Assembly: GCA_011109175.1 (NCBI GenBank)
Contig: RDEW01000005.1
Coordinates: forward strand, 1,236,657 to 1,300,656
Direction of reading: 5' to 3'
DNA from: Dicyema japonicum
Taxonomy: Eukaryota; Animalia; Dicyemida
Length of the DNA stretch: 64,000 bases
This document shows, piece by piece, positions 1 to 12,539 of this stretch (position 1 is its first letter; each line of letters begins with the position of its first letter). The position numbers and the translations under genes were made by a program. The notes below the pieces were generated by a model. The model saw only the letters and a list, made by a program, of their open reading frames with translations. It did not search any database and was not told the origin of the DNA.

Positions 1-461
1 TCCGTTAGATCTGAAGTGTTTCAAGTGGTGGATTATTGGCAGAAGAGTTGTAAGTCGTGGATAAGAGTTAAACGTGAACTTATGTGACCATGAGAAAAAT
101 CGGAATTTGTTTGACATGAACACATTTGAAGAATCTAAAGGAAAAATATGGATACAGTTTTTATGAGAAAAAATACATATTCAGAAAAACAAAGTCTTTG
201 GTACCTATCAGACTTGTGGAAGACATGCAGGTTTGCCACAAAAAGCGATCTTTCTCAAAAGACGGTAAGCCTCAAATCACTATCCTTTAGACGAGGCAGT
301 GAAGGTTACAGCTGATTTAGGAGGATGGGATCATTTAATTAGTTGGTTTAACCTTTCATTCTTGGTGGTTCCGGTAAAACTTTGTTATGCAACAGTAAAC
401 GAGCTATAAAAGCTCCTATAATTCCAACTTGACACTCGAATACTGGTAATCAGTCCATTAG

Positions 462-720
462 TTAAAGCACATCCGCGTTACCAGTTTCATTGTTTATGGT
501 TTCGCTTGTGTCATGTTTTTCGATTACCCTTTCCGTCAGTCTTCTCCATCCTTTTCGCTGTTGTGCTCGTTTCCTGATTTCGTCCAGATCGTCTGCATCC
601 ATCAGTCGGCCCCCTATCACTGCGTAATCCTCCGCAAGACTTTGAGCGAACATTTACTCAAAATTGTTTTCTCCATAATAACGTCAGTTTTTTGGTTGAG
701 GTGGTGACGTGCCTCTCTAA
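462..720 (-). mobile_element. RTE-like non-LTR retrotransposon 3' fragment
   Basis: ORF 462-653 ends in 'DLDEIRKRAQQRKGWRRLTERV', resembling the typical RTE ORF2 C-terminus (L..L...A.DR..WR). A related sequence lies near 49430-49480. Confidence 0.4.
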
Positions 721-838
721 CTATGTCTCAAACATGTTTTATTCGATCGCCTTTTACTGTCAGTCCATTACAACGGAATAAAATACAAAACAATAAAATT
801 ATTTTTTAAAAATCTATTCAAGTCCCCTCAAAAAATAT

Positions 839-1327
839 TTATTCAATGTCATTATCTATCCCCCGCCATCTTTTCATATAATTTTTGCAATCAAACACAG
901 ATTTTCCCAAAATTTTATTAACAGAATTATGAAAATCGCACATCCATCGACAAAGTAAACTTTTGCTTTCGACAGGGGAGGATTCTGGAGGACACTTGAA
1001 TTTAAATTTTAACCAAACCGATCGATAAAATGTGGTCGACAGCGCATACAAGGATAGAGGTTAGAAAGAGAGGTTATAAAGGCTTGAAAATTATTCTTAG
1101 TCTCATCCGACGGTTTTTCGGGATAATAAGCACAAATTGTATGCAACAATGTCCACGTAGAACGTCCTAGTTCTGCAGAATCAGGGGGGTTTCGATGGGA
1201 GTTCACATATTCTGAGGTTTTCTGTCAAGTTAAATCTTCAAAGTACTTTGAACTTTGTGAACTCAGAGTATTCGTTACATATGGGGTCTTTGCAGTTTTC
1301 ATCTTTAAACTGAAAACCATTTGTCAT
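839..1327 (-). CDS. GFER: FAD-linked sulfhydryl oxidase ERV1/ALR (3 exons)
   Basis: Motifs PPDSAELGRSTWTLLH, YPCMRC (redox CxxC), WMCDFHNSVNKILGK and FDC. ATG at 1327; 25-nt intron 1246-1222 and a 24-nt intron near 1020-997. One apparent homopolymer indel follows intron 2. Confidence 0.92.
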
Positions 1328-1498
1328 TTATAAAGACCACAAGACTTAAAATTAAATATATATTTTGAATTAATAAAAATTAAAACAAGGAAATTTATTT
1401 AACTATTGAGAGGTTAACTTTTCAGAGGAACAGTTCCCCAGCCGGAATCACGTGATTAGTTAGTATGGAGATCTTTTGAGATCTTGCAAACGTTGTTT

Positions 1499-1860
1499 TT
1501 AAATTGACTGTCCGTCTTCCCAGTCTCTTTTCTGATGTGAAGAGAGTTGTGACGGACTTTCATTGCTGGTCGACAGCCGGTTCTTTACTAACCATTCGTT
1601 AAGATGGTCCAGGTTTTGTAGCAATCTGGATGTCTTGATCACGTGAAGCCATGACGATGTCGTCAGCATAAGTAAGAATATCATTTTCGACTTCCGATGT
1701 AAGGAGTTAGCCAATGATAAAGGGGATCCATGGGGAACACCATTCGGAAGAAGTCGGGAAATTGACAGTCCAATGCTAACACATCTTCTCCGACCGCTAA
1801 GGAGGTTTGTTACCAGAGTTTAAGATTTTCATGGAATCTTCCTTGACACAGAATCGAAAG
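1499..1860 (-). mobile_element. CRE-clade RLE retrotransposon RT fragment
   Basis: Degenerate translation resembles the RPIAVG...HVIK region of the full element at 28.3-31.3 kb. Confidence 0.5.
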
Positions 1861-2029
1861 CTTTATGGACGTCAATGGAGCAAAGTACAGTCTTCAGGTT
1901 TCGTGGCATGTGCAAAAAACCATACCGTATAGTCAAGACTGATAAGTAGGTAGAAATAAACCTCTCATTTTTAAAAGCATTTTGAAATGACAAGTAACAT
2001 TGAGCCCTGAAGACGTCATTTCAAAAGTA

Positions 2030-2530
2030 ATTTGTATTTCGAGAATTGTCTCAAGATTGGTCTGTTGACACAAAGAAATGTGAAGTGGTTAACCTGAACA
2101 TGAGTGTGGAATCAATTGCCTTCATAAAAAAATGAAAGATATTGTCTCTTGAATTCCTTAAATGTGGGGAGTCGTTAAGCAACACAAAGACGCTTATGGG
2201 AAAGTTTTCAGGCAGATCGTACTTTCTGGACAGGTATGTTGGACTTTTTATGCTCAAGAACTGTCTCCTACTTCCCAAAATGCTTTTCAACCTCCGAAGT
2301 TCCCATTGTTATCGTGAAAAAGATCTCCTATCGTTCTTTGATGATGAAATCCTTGAAGCGATTTTAAATATACATTTTGATGACTATGGATAGCTTTAGG
2401 TAACTGTTTGTTGTGGAGGATTTAGAATTATCGTACCTTCGGATGCCGCATTAAGTGCATATTTGTATTCTTATAGCTCCTCGAAAAATTTTGATGGTCC
2501 TCAACTCTTATTCCGGACTGAATGTGTCTA
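2030..2530 (+). mobile_element. CRE-clade RT C-terminal fragment
   Basis: 'GLFMLKNCLLLPKMLFNLRSSHCY' matches 'ALFLLRNCLSIPRLNYLLRTAPCY' in ORF 29087-30199. Confidence 0.65.
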
Positions 2531-3249
2531 TGTCACCATAGAGAGCTATGGACTTGTGGAAGGACCTATACCTTAATGTTCCAGAGGGCGGCGCGAATCA
2601 GAAAAAAATGAAAAGTACGGGAAACTTTGAACTAGCCTTTTCAGGATTTTCGATATCGAACAGAGTAACGCGACCGGTCTATGTGAAGCCAGGTCCTTCC
2701 TTCTTCGTTTTCCTCGTTTCAAAAGTGGACGAAAGTGTGCAAGTTTCTACAAGGCTGGCTCGTAAATGCTGCGATTTCACCAAGATTAAGGAGGATCATT
2801 GTGGTTTTGTCAGTTCCGTTATTGTAGATTGTTTTATCAGTTTATATATATTTCTCACGTCGTTCTCAGTGATGTAAATCACATCCCCTTTTCGATTTAC
2901 TGAATTATAAAAAAGGTATATCTAACTTCTGGTTCTTGTGGGATATTTTGACATATTAACGGGGTCGTCCAGACCTCGTTGAGATATCATGGAAGGTTTA
3001 AAAAAAACTGATAGGTTCGGCTCCAGGCCTCACAAACATGACCAACGTCCTGATCAGTAGAGAATTCAGAGAGGGAGTGTAGAATCGTCTTGAAAATGGT
3101 GTTACAGAACATCTGGAAGTTCAAAATTGTAGATTTCGCATTTTCTGCAATTTAATTTCCTTCTGATATATCTGTATTCCTTTTTTTTATTGACAAAATT
3201 TTTTTGGAACAACCACCCTCACTGCGTGGCTGTTCCCTGTAAAAAACTT

Positions 3250-3900
3250 CTGTCACTTTCAAGGTCAAAAATCTAACCATCTGCCCATGAATAGCCGGCG
3301 GCCCATATGACATAGTACCTTCGCTTTTGTATCGGATGGTTGGCTTGTCAACCATAGAGGGTGTTTGGCGTTGATATCCTCACCAATTATCACATCTTTC
3401 GAGGATGATGATAAATCGGGATAGCTTATTGTTTCGGAAAAGAACAAAGTGTAGGCATGTTGATGTTCACAAAGATAATTTTTCCATTTGTTGTTTCAAG
3501 TGAGATAGCGAAGATTTTATTTACATTGTCGCATCCCAGATATTCTTCACCACTGAAGTGATGTCCACGCATTTAAAGTCTTTCTGGTATAAATTGAGGT
3601 GGCCACCACCCCGGGTCTTAGTAGTCCGTATTTACTTATATTCAAGAAAACTGCGGAGTAGGGCTGTTTAAAGGTAGTTTCATCTCTTGAATCAAAGCAA
3701 TGTTGACCCTTAGCTCAGCCAGGAAGAAACGTAGTTCCAAAATTTTGTACTCCCAGTACCATGGTCCACTTCTTGCGGCGGGCTAGGGATTCCTTCCTGG
3801 TAGTTAAAGCTGAAAACGTGTGTCACCGGGGAGAAGATATCCTCAGAGGTAAATTTTCAATGGTTCCCTTTTGAGGAACATTATAAACCCTCCGGGGCTT
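3250..3900 (-). mobile_element. LINE APE endonuclease fragment
   Basis: 'VNIALIQE' and 'IGEDINAKHPLWL' motifs; same family as the LINE at 4925-7575. Confidence 0.6.
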
Positions 3901-4112
3901 ACCAATGAGCCACATAACACTAAAATTAAATTATTTTTTGTTAAAAGCCAAGTTAGATTATTAATCTGTAACATTTAACAAAATTATTAAAAATGAATTC
4001 TAAGACCATGTGGCTATCAGGATTGTAAACGAGATTCGCTCAAGCAGGGGTCGCAGAGATCACCCTTAAATCAATTTAGTTAATAAATTAAAGCAAATTA
4101 GTAAAGAAATAA

Positions 4113-4802
4113 TCAACCACGTTTAAGATTCCTTAATCGTTCGTCCAAGTCATCTCCCGCAGGAGCATCAGGCAATTTGTTAATCATGGACGAAGTAACT
4201 GTAGAAGGAGTCTGAACAGCTAATGAATTAATCACCGTCTAAACCGTTGAGGTCAGCGTCCATTTTGATTCCCAACTCATCAAGCACTTGATCTACGATT
4301 TTTTCAGACTCCACATTGTCGTCAGCATCTCCGATTACGTCATCAATGGCGTCGTCCATGGCTTCTTGTTTCATCTCCATCATCTCTGACTGTTTTTCAA
4401 ACTCCATGGCAATTTTCTGTAGTTGGGGAAGGTTTATTTGTTTGTTCATTGTAGCCAAAGTACGAGCAACCGATCCCATTACCCGAGACATCGAAGCGTT
4501 AGATTTCATGTTAAATAATTTCAAGGAAATTCCTTGTATATTCGTCCTCATCATTATGAGCTTCTTGATCTGTCTTCGTGTCCGAACCAAATCCAAAGCC
4601 ATTACTTTTACAGCGTCCTGTTATTAGCTGATAGACAAACCATCTGATTTTTATTAGCCATTTGCTTTATGTCGGAAATGACCCTCTTTTCTTGTTGTTC
4701 CATTTTTAAACGCTCTCTGTCGAGTTCACGCATTGTCCGGTCCAACATCCGTTTGTTTTCCTTCAAAACATCTTCTGGTTTCTTTCGTGAAAATAAGTTC
4801 AT
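4113..4802 (-). CDS. CHMP2A: ESCRT-III subunit CHMP2A/Vps2 (3 exons)
   Basis: MNLFSRKKPEDVLKENKRMLDRTMRELDRER...; 23-nt intron before DAVKVMALDLVRTRR. A 25-nt intron (gtttagacggtgattaattcattag) restores the C-terminal MIM motif DDLDERLRNLKRG; stop at 4113-4115. Confidence 0.95.
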
Positions 4803-4924
4803 AATCTCCACAACAAAGAATTATATTTATTCTTTACAAATATTAAATTATATTTATTCTTTACACATTAATTTTTATTTATTAAACAATAAGTAATTCA
4901 TTATATAAGTATTGGAATTACGAT

Positions 4925-7575
4925 CCCTCTTATCCCACTTGAGAGTGGACATTGCCTTCATTCAAGAATCGAAGCTCTCTATAAAGTCCTCAGCACCTTG
5001 TTTTCCTGGATATTGTGTACTTCGCAGGAAGTCTCGGAGGAGGATTATTGACTATAGTTAATGATGGACTTAAATTCACGGATGTCACCCCTTCTGTATC
5101 TTTTCTCTGCGAAGGGGATCTTATTGTGGAACAGATTTCTATTGAAGTTCCCTTTTTTTCGACGAGATGTTTTACTCTGTGTAATGTCTATATCCCGCCT
5201 CAGAGGTCATGTACTACTTCCTACATCCCCAACATATTGAGCCTGTGTGAACTAAAGAATCTGCTACTATGCGGAGACCTAAACGCGAAACATCCACTCT
5301 GGCTCCGAACTCAATCAGCCGACAGTCGCGGCGAATCCATCCTTTCCCTGCTCAATGATCTGACTATCCTTAATTATCCGGACATTCCCACAAAAGGACC
5401 CCGTCCCGCAGAAGGACAGTCCAACATCCCCGGACCTGTCCCTCTGCTCTCCCTCTATGGCTTGATGTATTTCATGGAATGTTCGTTATGGTTTCTCAAG
5501 CGACCATAACCCCATTGTGTTGAGACTTAGAAGGCCTATTTGTTCACCGTGTTGTTCTACAAAGTTCAAAAATTACTTGAAAGCTGACTGGCAAGGTTTC
5601 AGGACGTATGTGGACAATAGTCTCCTTGACCTTACTATGGTTAATTGCACATTAGAAGAGACGCCCAAGATTCTGTCCGCTATCATTCTGAAAGCTGATA
5701 AACTATTTATACCTCTTACAAGAAGTTCAATCCAAAACTATTATCACAAATTGTGTCACTCATCAAGAAACGAGATGCGCTCAAGAGGAAAAGAACACAG
5801 ACCAATAACTCTTTCTACTCCATACGTTCACTGATTACCAAATTATCCGAACTAACAACAAACTCAAATGGAGCCGCCTAGTTGGACGACTATGTCACAA
5901 AAAATTCTTGTGCCACATTTGGAAAACGCTATGAAAGATCAATAGCCTTATCAATGAGGAGGACCGCGGAACTGAGGCCGTTACCCGCAACGCTTCGGAA
6001 CCCGCACGCAAACTCGCAAACAAGATTATAAAGTACTACGTAATTTTTATCGTTCTACATTTGTTGAACAGCGCCGGCCACAACAAAAATTGTATTCCAC
6101 CTTCTTCTCTCCGATGATGTTGACAAGGCTATTAAATTGCTACGTCCCACTCGTGCTTGTGGTCCCGACGGTATTTGAACTATTCACCTCAAACACCTTG
6201 GACCTCAGGCACGAGCCATACTATCAAGACTGTACAACGACTCTATCAACTACCATACGCTACCTAATATATGGAAAAACTCCCTGATTATGCCAATTCT
6301 AAAGCCTAGAAAACTAAAAGACTCTTCTTACCGCCCCATCTCAATAACTTGTGTTTTATCAAAATTACTGGAAAAGCTTGTGCTAATGCACATTTCTCCA
6401 GTTATACATCTACTAGAGTTTCAACATGGTTTCAGGGCAGACCGTTCGACAGCGACTCATTTGGGTTCTATCTTCCAGTTTATTACTGACGGCTTCAACA
6501 TGAGAACACACTTACGGACCTTAGTATTCATCGATATACAGAAGGCCTTTGATTCTGTTCTGAGGAAACTCCTAACGCAAAAGATTTTTAACTCGAACTT
6601 ACAACCAAACATCAAGCTATGGCTGGAAAACTTCTTGATTGGACGACGCGGAAGGGTCCGGATTGACAAAACCACTTCAAAATCAAGACTACTCCCCAAT
6701 GGGGTCCCTAAGGCTCCCCTTTATCTCATCTCATTTTCAGCCTATTTCTACATGACCTACCTACTACCAATGACCAGGACACTATGTTTTTATCATATGC
6801 GGACTACCTAATTATCGCTGCAAGAAATAAATCTCCTTCCATGGTTGTAGCAACTGTTCAGGCACACCTAAACTGAATTTGTGACTTGCTATCTGCAAAT
6901 ATGTTATGTGTGTCATCATCCAAGTCTCAGTTCACATTATTTACTACGGACAGAAGGTTTAAAATGGACTTGAGATATCCCTCGGAAACATTACCATCCC
7001 TTCTACGCGGACCCGGAAGATCCTTGGTGTAGTTTTCGATTTTCTGTTCACGTTCTCGAGTCACGTGGAGGAGGTGCTTGCAAGGGGTATTCGGAAATGG
7101 AACATTTTGAATGCGGTGATAAAGAAGAGTTCTTTCCCCCTGCTGCTTGCGTCAGCAAGGTCTATTAACAAGTCATCGTACCTACCATTGAAAATTCCTG
7201 TTCCGCCTAGAGATTTGCGATTCCCCCTTGGAAAGTGGATCGTTTGAACTCCACCACGCGGAAAATTATGCATCACACGGATATCCCAATGGCGACCTTG
7301 TTTTCGATGAGGCATCGTTGAAAAATGGCCAGGGTTTCCTACGTTTCTGCAAGGACTGGGAAACCCACTCAAGGAAAAGGTGGCTCATGCTGAGGAATTT
7401 CTTTCGGTAATAAAAAAGTGCACGCCGATTGAAATCCTTTGCAGAAGGAAAAAAAGCCGCTTCCGGAATCAGTTGGATCATCAGAAGACCAAATGAGTTC
7501 GGATGTTGTTGGAGGCTGAGATCACCTAATTAGTTAGTTTTGACCTATCTTTCCTGGTGGCCTTGGAGTTAAATA
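4925..7575 (+). mobile_element. Degenerate Jockey/I-like LINE ORF2 (APE + RT) with 3' end
   Basis: VDIAFIQESK, LCGDLNAKHPLW, SYRPISITCVLSKLLEKL, QHGFR, IDIQKAFDSV and GVP motifs, with many frameshifts. Ends in the family 3' motif 'gagatcacctaattagttag...aaataaataaat'. Confidence 0.9.
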
Positions 7576-7830
7576 AATAAATCTTCTCTTCTTAATAGTT
7601 TGTTATTCGTTACAGCCGTATCCGTACTGATAATCGTGTCTACACGAATCTCCACAAATTCATTTGCGACAACAGATTGTACTGAATGGGTCTTCAGTTT
7701 CTTAATTTTTCATATTCCATATTGACAGCAGAGATGTAGGTGTGAACATCTGACCACTTCATTATGTTGCCTGAGATATGAGCTATTCAGCTTTCTCCCA
7801 CACCAACTTTGCTGAGTTACAATTTCCGCA
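7575..7830 (-). mobile_element. RLE-type (R2/NeSL-like) retrotransposon zinc-knuckle/RLE fragment
   Basis: Translation 'CGNC...RQHNEVVRCSHLHLCCQYGI*KIKKLKTHSVQSVVANEFVEIRVDTIIST'. Confidence 0.65.
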
Positions 7831-8266
7831 CTTAGTTTCCTACAGCCATTTTCTTGAGTTCACTCACAGATATAGCAGTACTGAATCTGCCACTGCAGAG
7901 CTCGCCAAGTATGGCCAACCATTCCAGGGCATTCGAGATAGCCTGCTACGTACCTGCAGGACTACCCGCCTCGCCCATTCTTTTGGGTCATCTGCCACAA
8001 TTCATACCATCAGGTAACGCAAGTGACCTTTCTCCTTTTTTCTCTTCAACATTTTTGCCAACTAGAGAGAATTTTAACGCCACCGAATCGAAAGCACGTT
8101 GCATGTTATTATCCTGTGATAGACAATAAAAAGTAATGATTTTTTTCCTCCAAGTTTTTCTAATTTGGGCCAGATAGGATTCGAACCCAAACATTGATAC
8201 TTTTTTATTTCAAAATTTGTGTTTCCGGTATCTCCCGTGTGGACTAGAAATTAAATCATCGTGCGT

Positions 8267-8460
8267 AGAGTGGTGCAGTGTAACGAGTGCTGTGCAAGAA
8301 ACCTGATTGTCCCCTAGTTCAAATCTCGATGCTTACATTCCGACTGAAGGTTCCGTAATCTACGATGCTTTGGTTTTACGAGAGACGCCGTCATCAGTGA
8401 ACATCTCACTGCGGAACCAGATCGTCTACAAAAGAACTCACACCCAACAAAAAGAAAAGA
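8267..8460 (+). mobile_element. tRNA-derived SINE (copy D)
   Basis: A-box-like TGGTGCAGTG, B-box-like GTTCAAATC, shared core (GGTTCC..ATCTACGATGC..CGTCATCAGTG..CACTGCGGAACC) and A-rich tail. Confidence 0.8.
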
Positions 8461-8519
8461 TTTTTTTGAGGAGATAAAGATATTAAGTGTAATAGAACCA
8501 CGTCACAGTGCACCAGAAC

Positions 8520-10190
8520 TACGGTACCCACTCAATCTTTCCATTAATTAACCTAACTGATTTAGTAGAATCATAAGGGAGAAAAGGAAGAGAGCTTTTA
8601 AGTCGCTCCTGTATACACGAAAGTTAAATGTTAGCCGTGATACCTACCCGTTCATCTTCAAGGGAGTTATTCTACTTTAGATGCGAGGATGGTTCTTCTC
8701 TCCGATGAGGTAGAAAATCTTATCACGAAGATTGGTCCGGGTTCTCATGCTATACGACAGTTATTAACTCCGACCTTGCTAGATTGTAGAGGGCCGACCG
8801 TCCTCAGACACAGGATTTCGATGTTCACTGTAAGTCCCGGGTAGAAGAAAACTTCTTGTAGAATTATTGATAATTGATTCGGTGATAAAAGCCAAGAATC
8901 CGACCCATCTCTAAGGAGGAAGTACCTAGAACGTAGTTGTGATAGGATCCTCCTTTTTTCTTTTTCGAGAGTAGTCTCCGAGTCATCCACCAATTGGAGG
9001 AGGTCATCTAGCAGTTCTTTCCAAACCAGTCTTCGGATAGTTTTAGTAAAGATGTGGTCGTGCATTGTCTGACTCGGTTTTATCGGGAAGTGATGAGGAA
9101 TTTTAGCCAATTTACGAAACATGTGTTTTATGGTCTGAATTATCTTTCTGCAGTTCTTATGTGAGCCAGTTGAAGTGGTCGGACGGTGTGAATTTATTGC
9201 ATAATTGTTCGAAGGGTTCCATTTTGGACTCTGAAGTTTTTGCATATTGGAGCCTGCAAGGGATGAGGCCAGGAGGGGCTCGCGTAGTTCAAGGTGGTTT
9301 TGATATATTTTTTGTAGATTATTCTGAAAGTTTCCTTGTCCTGGCAAAATATGGATCCGGCCACCGAGCGGAGGGGGTTAATTTTCTTGTTTGCTTTTGC
9401 AACAACGTGGTCCACGTAGGAGGAGAATGCATGGCATTGGTCCCAGGATTTTCAGGTGTTTCGAGATGAAGATGACTTTTCCGAAGATTTTCAGGTCCAC
9501 TTTGATGTTTAACTGACGTGTGTCGGAAGTGAATACTGTGACCCTGGACTTGGAGGGGGAGTGGTGATTGGTTAATAGCCAAGAGTCTAAAGAATACAAA
9601 TGTGTTTGGAGGCGGGAGGAGGCGGAGGTAATATTTCTATTCCGATCCGCAAGGATCAAGTCATTCGCATAGGACAAGACTAACGTATTTTCCAGCTCGA
9701 ATATGCTACTCAGATGGAGGTAAACAAGCCGGAGAGAGGACAGATCCTTGTGGCACTCCGTTTGGGAGGTAGCGAGTATGAGATTTCTATGACAGAATAA
9801 AAGTACGTCCCATTTTGCCAGAGAAAAATGATTTCAGCAATCTCTTTGTGAATAGAGGAATACTCGATGTGGTTATCTTGTTGTAAACAACCTGCCTGCA
9901 GGTCCTGTCAAAGGCCTTAGAAATGTCAATGAAAGCCAAGACAGTTGAATCCATCTGCAATTAAGTCAGTTGACTTGGTTAAATGAGTTGAGGTTGAATT
10001 CTTGAGGCGGAAGCTGTGGGGAGAGTTGAACAGGTTTAGGTGAAGGTATATACAGTTGAGAATGTATCTTTCAAGGATCTTTGATACAACACAGAGGAGG
10101 GAAATTGATTGAAAAGATCCTGGGTCGTGCGGGTCCTTGTTAGGTTTAAGAGTTGGAATAATTGTCGATTGTTTCCATAACAGGCACAAA
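8520..10190 (-). mobile_element. Degenerate LINE RT region
   Basis: WKQSTIIPTLKPNKDP, SFQSISLLCVVSKILER, IDISKAFD, SYANDLIL; the 3' region is decayed. Confidence 0.85.
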
Positions 10191-10754
10191 TACTGAATTC
10201 AAGGACGTTTGGAAAATGTCCGTAAGGACCCGCAGTCTATATGGCCCAAGATTTTTTAGATTATATATGTATATTCCGCCTGGGCCTTTTATGGGGGAGT
10301 TCTATATATTCATTATCAGGGCACAGAGGGGGTTCAGTTTGCCGACATGGTTTGATTTATTTACATTTATCTGACAAAAATTAATCTAATGGGCCATTAG
10401 GTCGCCTGTTTATTTTTGAAATGATTTAGTATGGTGACGTTTGTTTGTTCCAGATTTGTTGGAGGTTGTATGCGTCTGTCCATTGTAATTACCAAATGTT
10501 TTTTTGTTAATTAATTCGGTTGGCTTAATCCAATGGTCCAGACGTGAGCCAAACTCTTTCAAACTCGACCTTTTGTTTTGGAGAATGTAATCGGAGATCG
10601 TCCGCTTAATGCTGCGTAGTCTGCAGGCTGAGTTGGTGTCCCGGACGCTGCTCTTTTTTCTAGCGCGCCTCTCTATAATATTTTTTTAAATTAAAGAAAT
10701 AATTTCACTTTTTTATTAGGCAACCAATAATTTAATTCGGTTTTCAACTACTCG

Positions 10755-12000
10755 ATTAACCAGAATGTGATACCATTAGTATGGAAACAGGCACTAATAC
10801 GTCCAATCCTAAAACCAGGAAGACCGAGAGATGACCCAGCCTTTTAGACCGGTGTCACTACTATGTTCCATGTCAAAATCCTGGAGAGGCTTGTGCTGGA
10901 GAATAAAAGAATTTTACCAGAAAGGCCTTTTCAACATGGATTCAAAATAAGAGATCCACGTTACATACTTGCAAACATTGACCGACTTCATTCGAGTCAG
11001 ATCCACAACCAAGCCGAGACACTTTAAAACACTGCTCTGTTCGATTGACATACATAAAGCTTTTGACTCAGTCTCGAGGAAAATTCTATCGAGAAAAATA
11101 TTTCAATCGGAGATCCAGGGAAGCTAAAGCTTTGAATCACTAACTTCCTAAGTAAACGAAGGGGATGTGTTTGCCTCGGAGGTCTGAAATCAATCTCACG
11201 GCTCCTCCCTAACGGAGTCTCTCAAGGATCTCCTTTATCCCCTGCTCTGTTTGACCTCTTTCTAGCTGATCTCCCGACTCTTGAATCTGATAATGATGTT
11301 CTACTTTCCTATGCAGATGATATTGTGTTTGGCTTCGCGAGATCAGGACATCCAGAAGGCCACAGAATGATTAAAATTAACCTGGACAGGCTTAATCCCT
11401 GGATAATGGAAAACCGACTCGTGGTGAATGCAGAGAAGTCGTCTACGTCACTATTTACTTCTGACAAAAGATTGGGAAGGAAAACAGTCAACTTGAAGTT
11501 AAACAAGGTCGATACCCTTTTCAACAGATGTCAAAGGAACTTGGGTGTGACAATTGATATGCATCTCTGGTTGACACACACGTAGAAAACATTCTATTGA
11601 AATGCGAGAAGAAACTGAACGTATTGAAAAATTTATCGGGAATATGGAAGAGTGGTACTCACCCAGTCTTGATGAACGTGTACAAACAGTACATCGAGCC
11701 ATGTTTCTCATATGCATGCGCCTCGTGGGGACAGTCCATATCTTGGATATAGGAAAATTGAGAAAATACAAAAGCGGCCTTACAGAGTAACGGAGCGTTG
11801 GATTTGTGAAGATCACAGAACCGGACCTACGCCTCTGGAGGCTCTTATGAGACTAGACTCCAGATCACGGGAAGGTGGCCCTGAAAATTCAGACAGCCGT
11901 CCTGTACGTTCATGCGCAGGTACGAAGGAAGAACACCGGGCAAAGATGAGGTCTCTGTTAGAATACATCGAGATCACGTGATAATTAGTTTTACCGTCTT
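10755..12000 (+). mobile_element. Degenerate LINE RT region with 3' end
   Basis: VWKQALIRPILKPG, FQHGFK, IDIHKAFDSV, GVSQGSPLSP, SYADD; family 3' motif 'gagatcacgtgataattagttttacc' near 11970. Confidence 0.85.
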
Positions 12001-12272
12001 GAATTAAAAAAACCCCTCAGATATGCACAGAAAATGTATAAAACTTTTACTTTAAGAAAAAATTAAAATCATTGACTGATAATAAATTTCGACAATTTTA
12101 CGAACAATTAACGATATAAAAAAGAGAGAAATAGTATAAGACTAAATTGACACATAAAAGCAATGAATTTAATATGTCCTGAAATGCTTGATAATTCTTT
12201 AAATCTTGTAGGTGAAGTTAAAGAGACGCGATATTAATGTGGTAAAAGTAACTAAGAATGTTATTCAGCTCT

Positions 12273-12370
12273 TTAAGTATTGAAAAATATTTTAAACATT
12301 CTGAATTGGTTGAATGGAATGGAGGGGTTTAAAGCTTTGAAGAGCAAATAGGGTTAACAACACACTTGAT
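12273..12370. repeat. ~97-bp near-identical direct repeat, copy 1 (copy 2 at ~14610-14707)
   Basis: 'aag(a/g)ttgaaaaatattttaaacattctgaattggttgaatggaatggaggggtttaaagctttgaagagcaaatagggttaacaac' occurs at both positions. Confidence 0.9.
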
Positions 12371-12462
12371 AATTGGTTTATCAAAAATACATTTTCCTTT
12401 ATCACTCCTTCTAATCGCTAAATCCTCCTAACCATCAGTTTTTTCGAATTCCCAAAATTGGC

Positions 12463-12531
12463 AGTTAAAAGAGCACTCAATATAAGGACCTTGATAAATA
12501 GTTAAAAGAGCACTCAATATAAGGACCTTGA
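12463..12531. repeat. Short tandem duplication (~38-bp period)
   Basis: 'agttaaaagagcactcaatataaggaccttga' occurs twice. Confidence 0.9.
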
Positions 12532-12539
12532 ATCGCCAC

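Noticed and set aside
8267-8335. tRNA genes at the SINE heads (also 36519 and 49928)
   Set aside because: A and B boxes are present but there is no complete cloverleaf or acceptor stem, and each continues into the shared SINE core.
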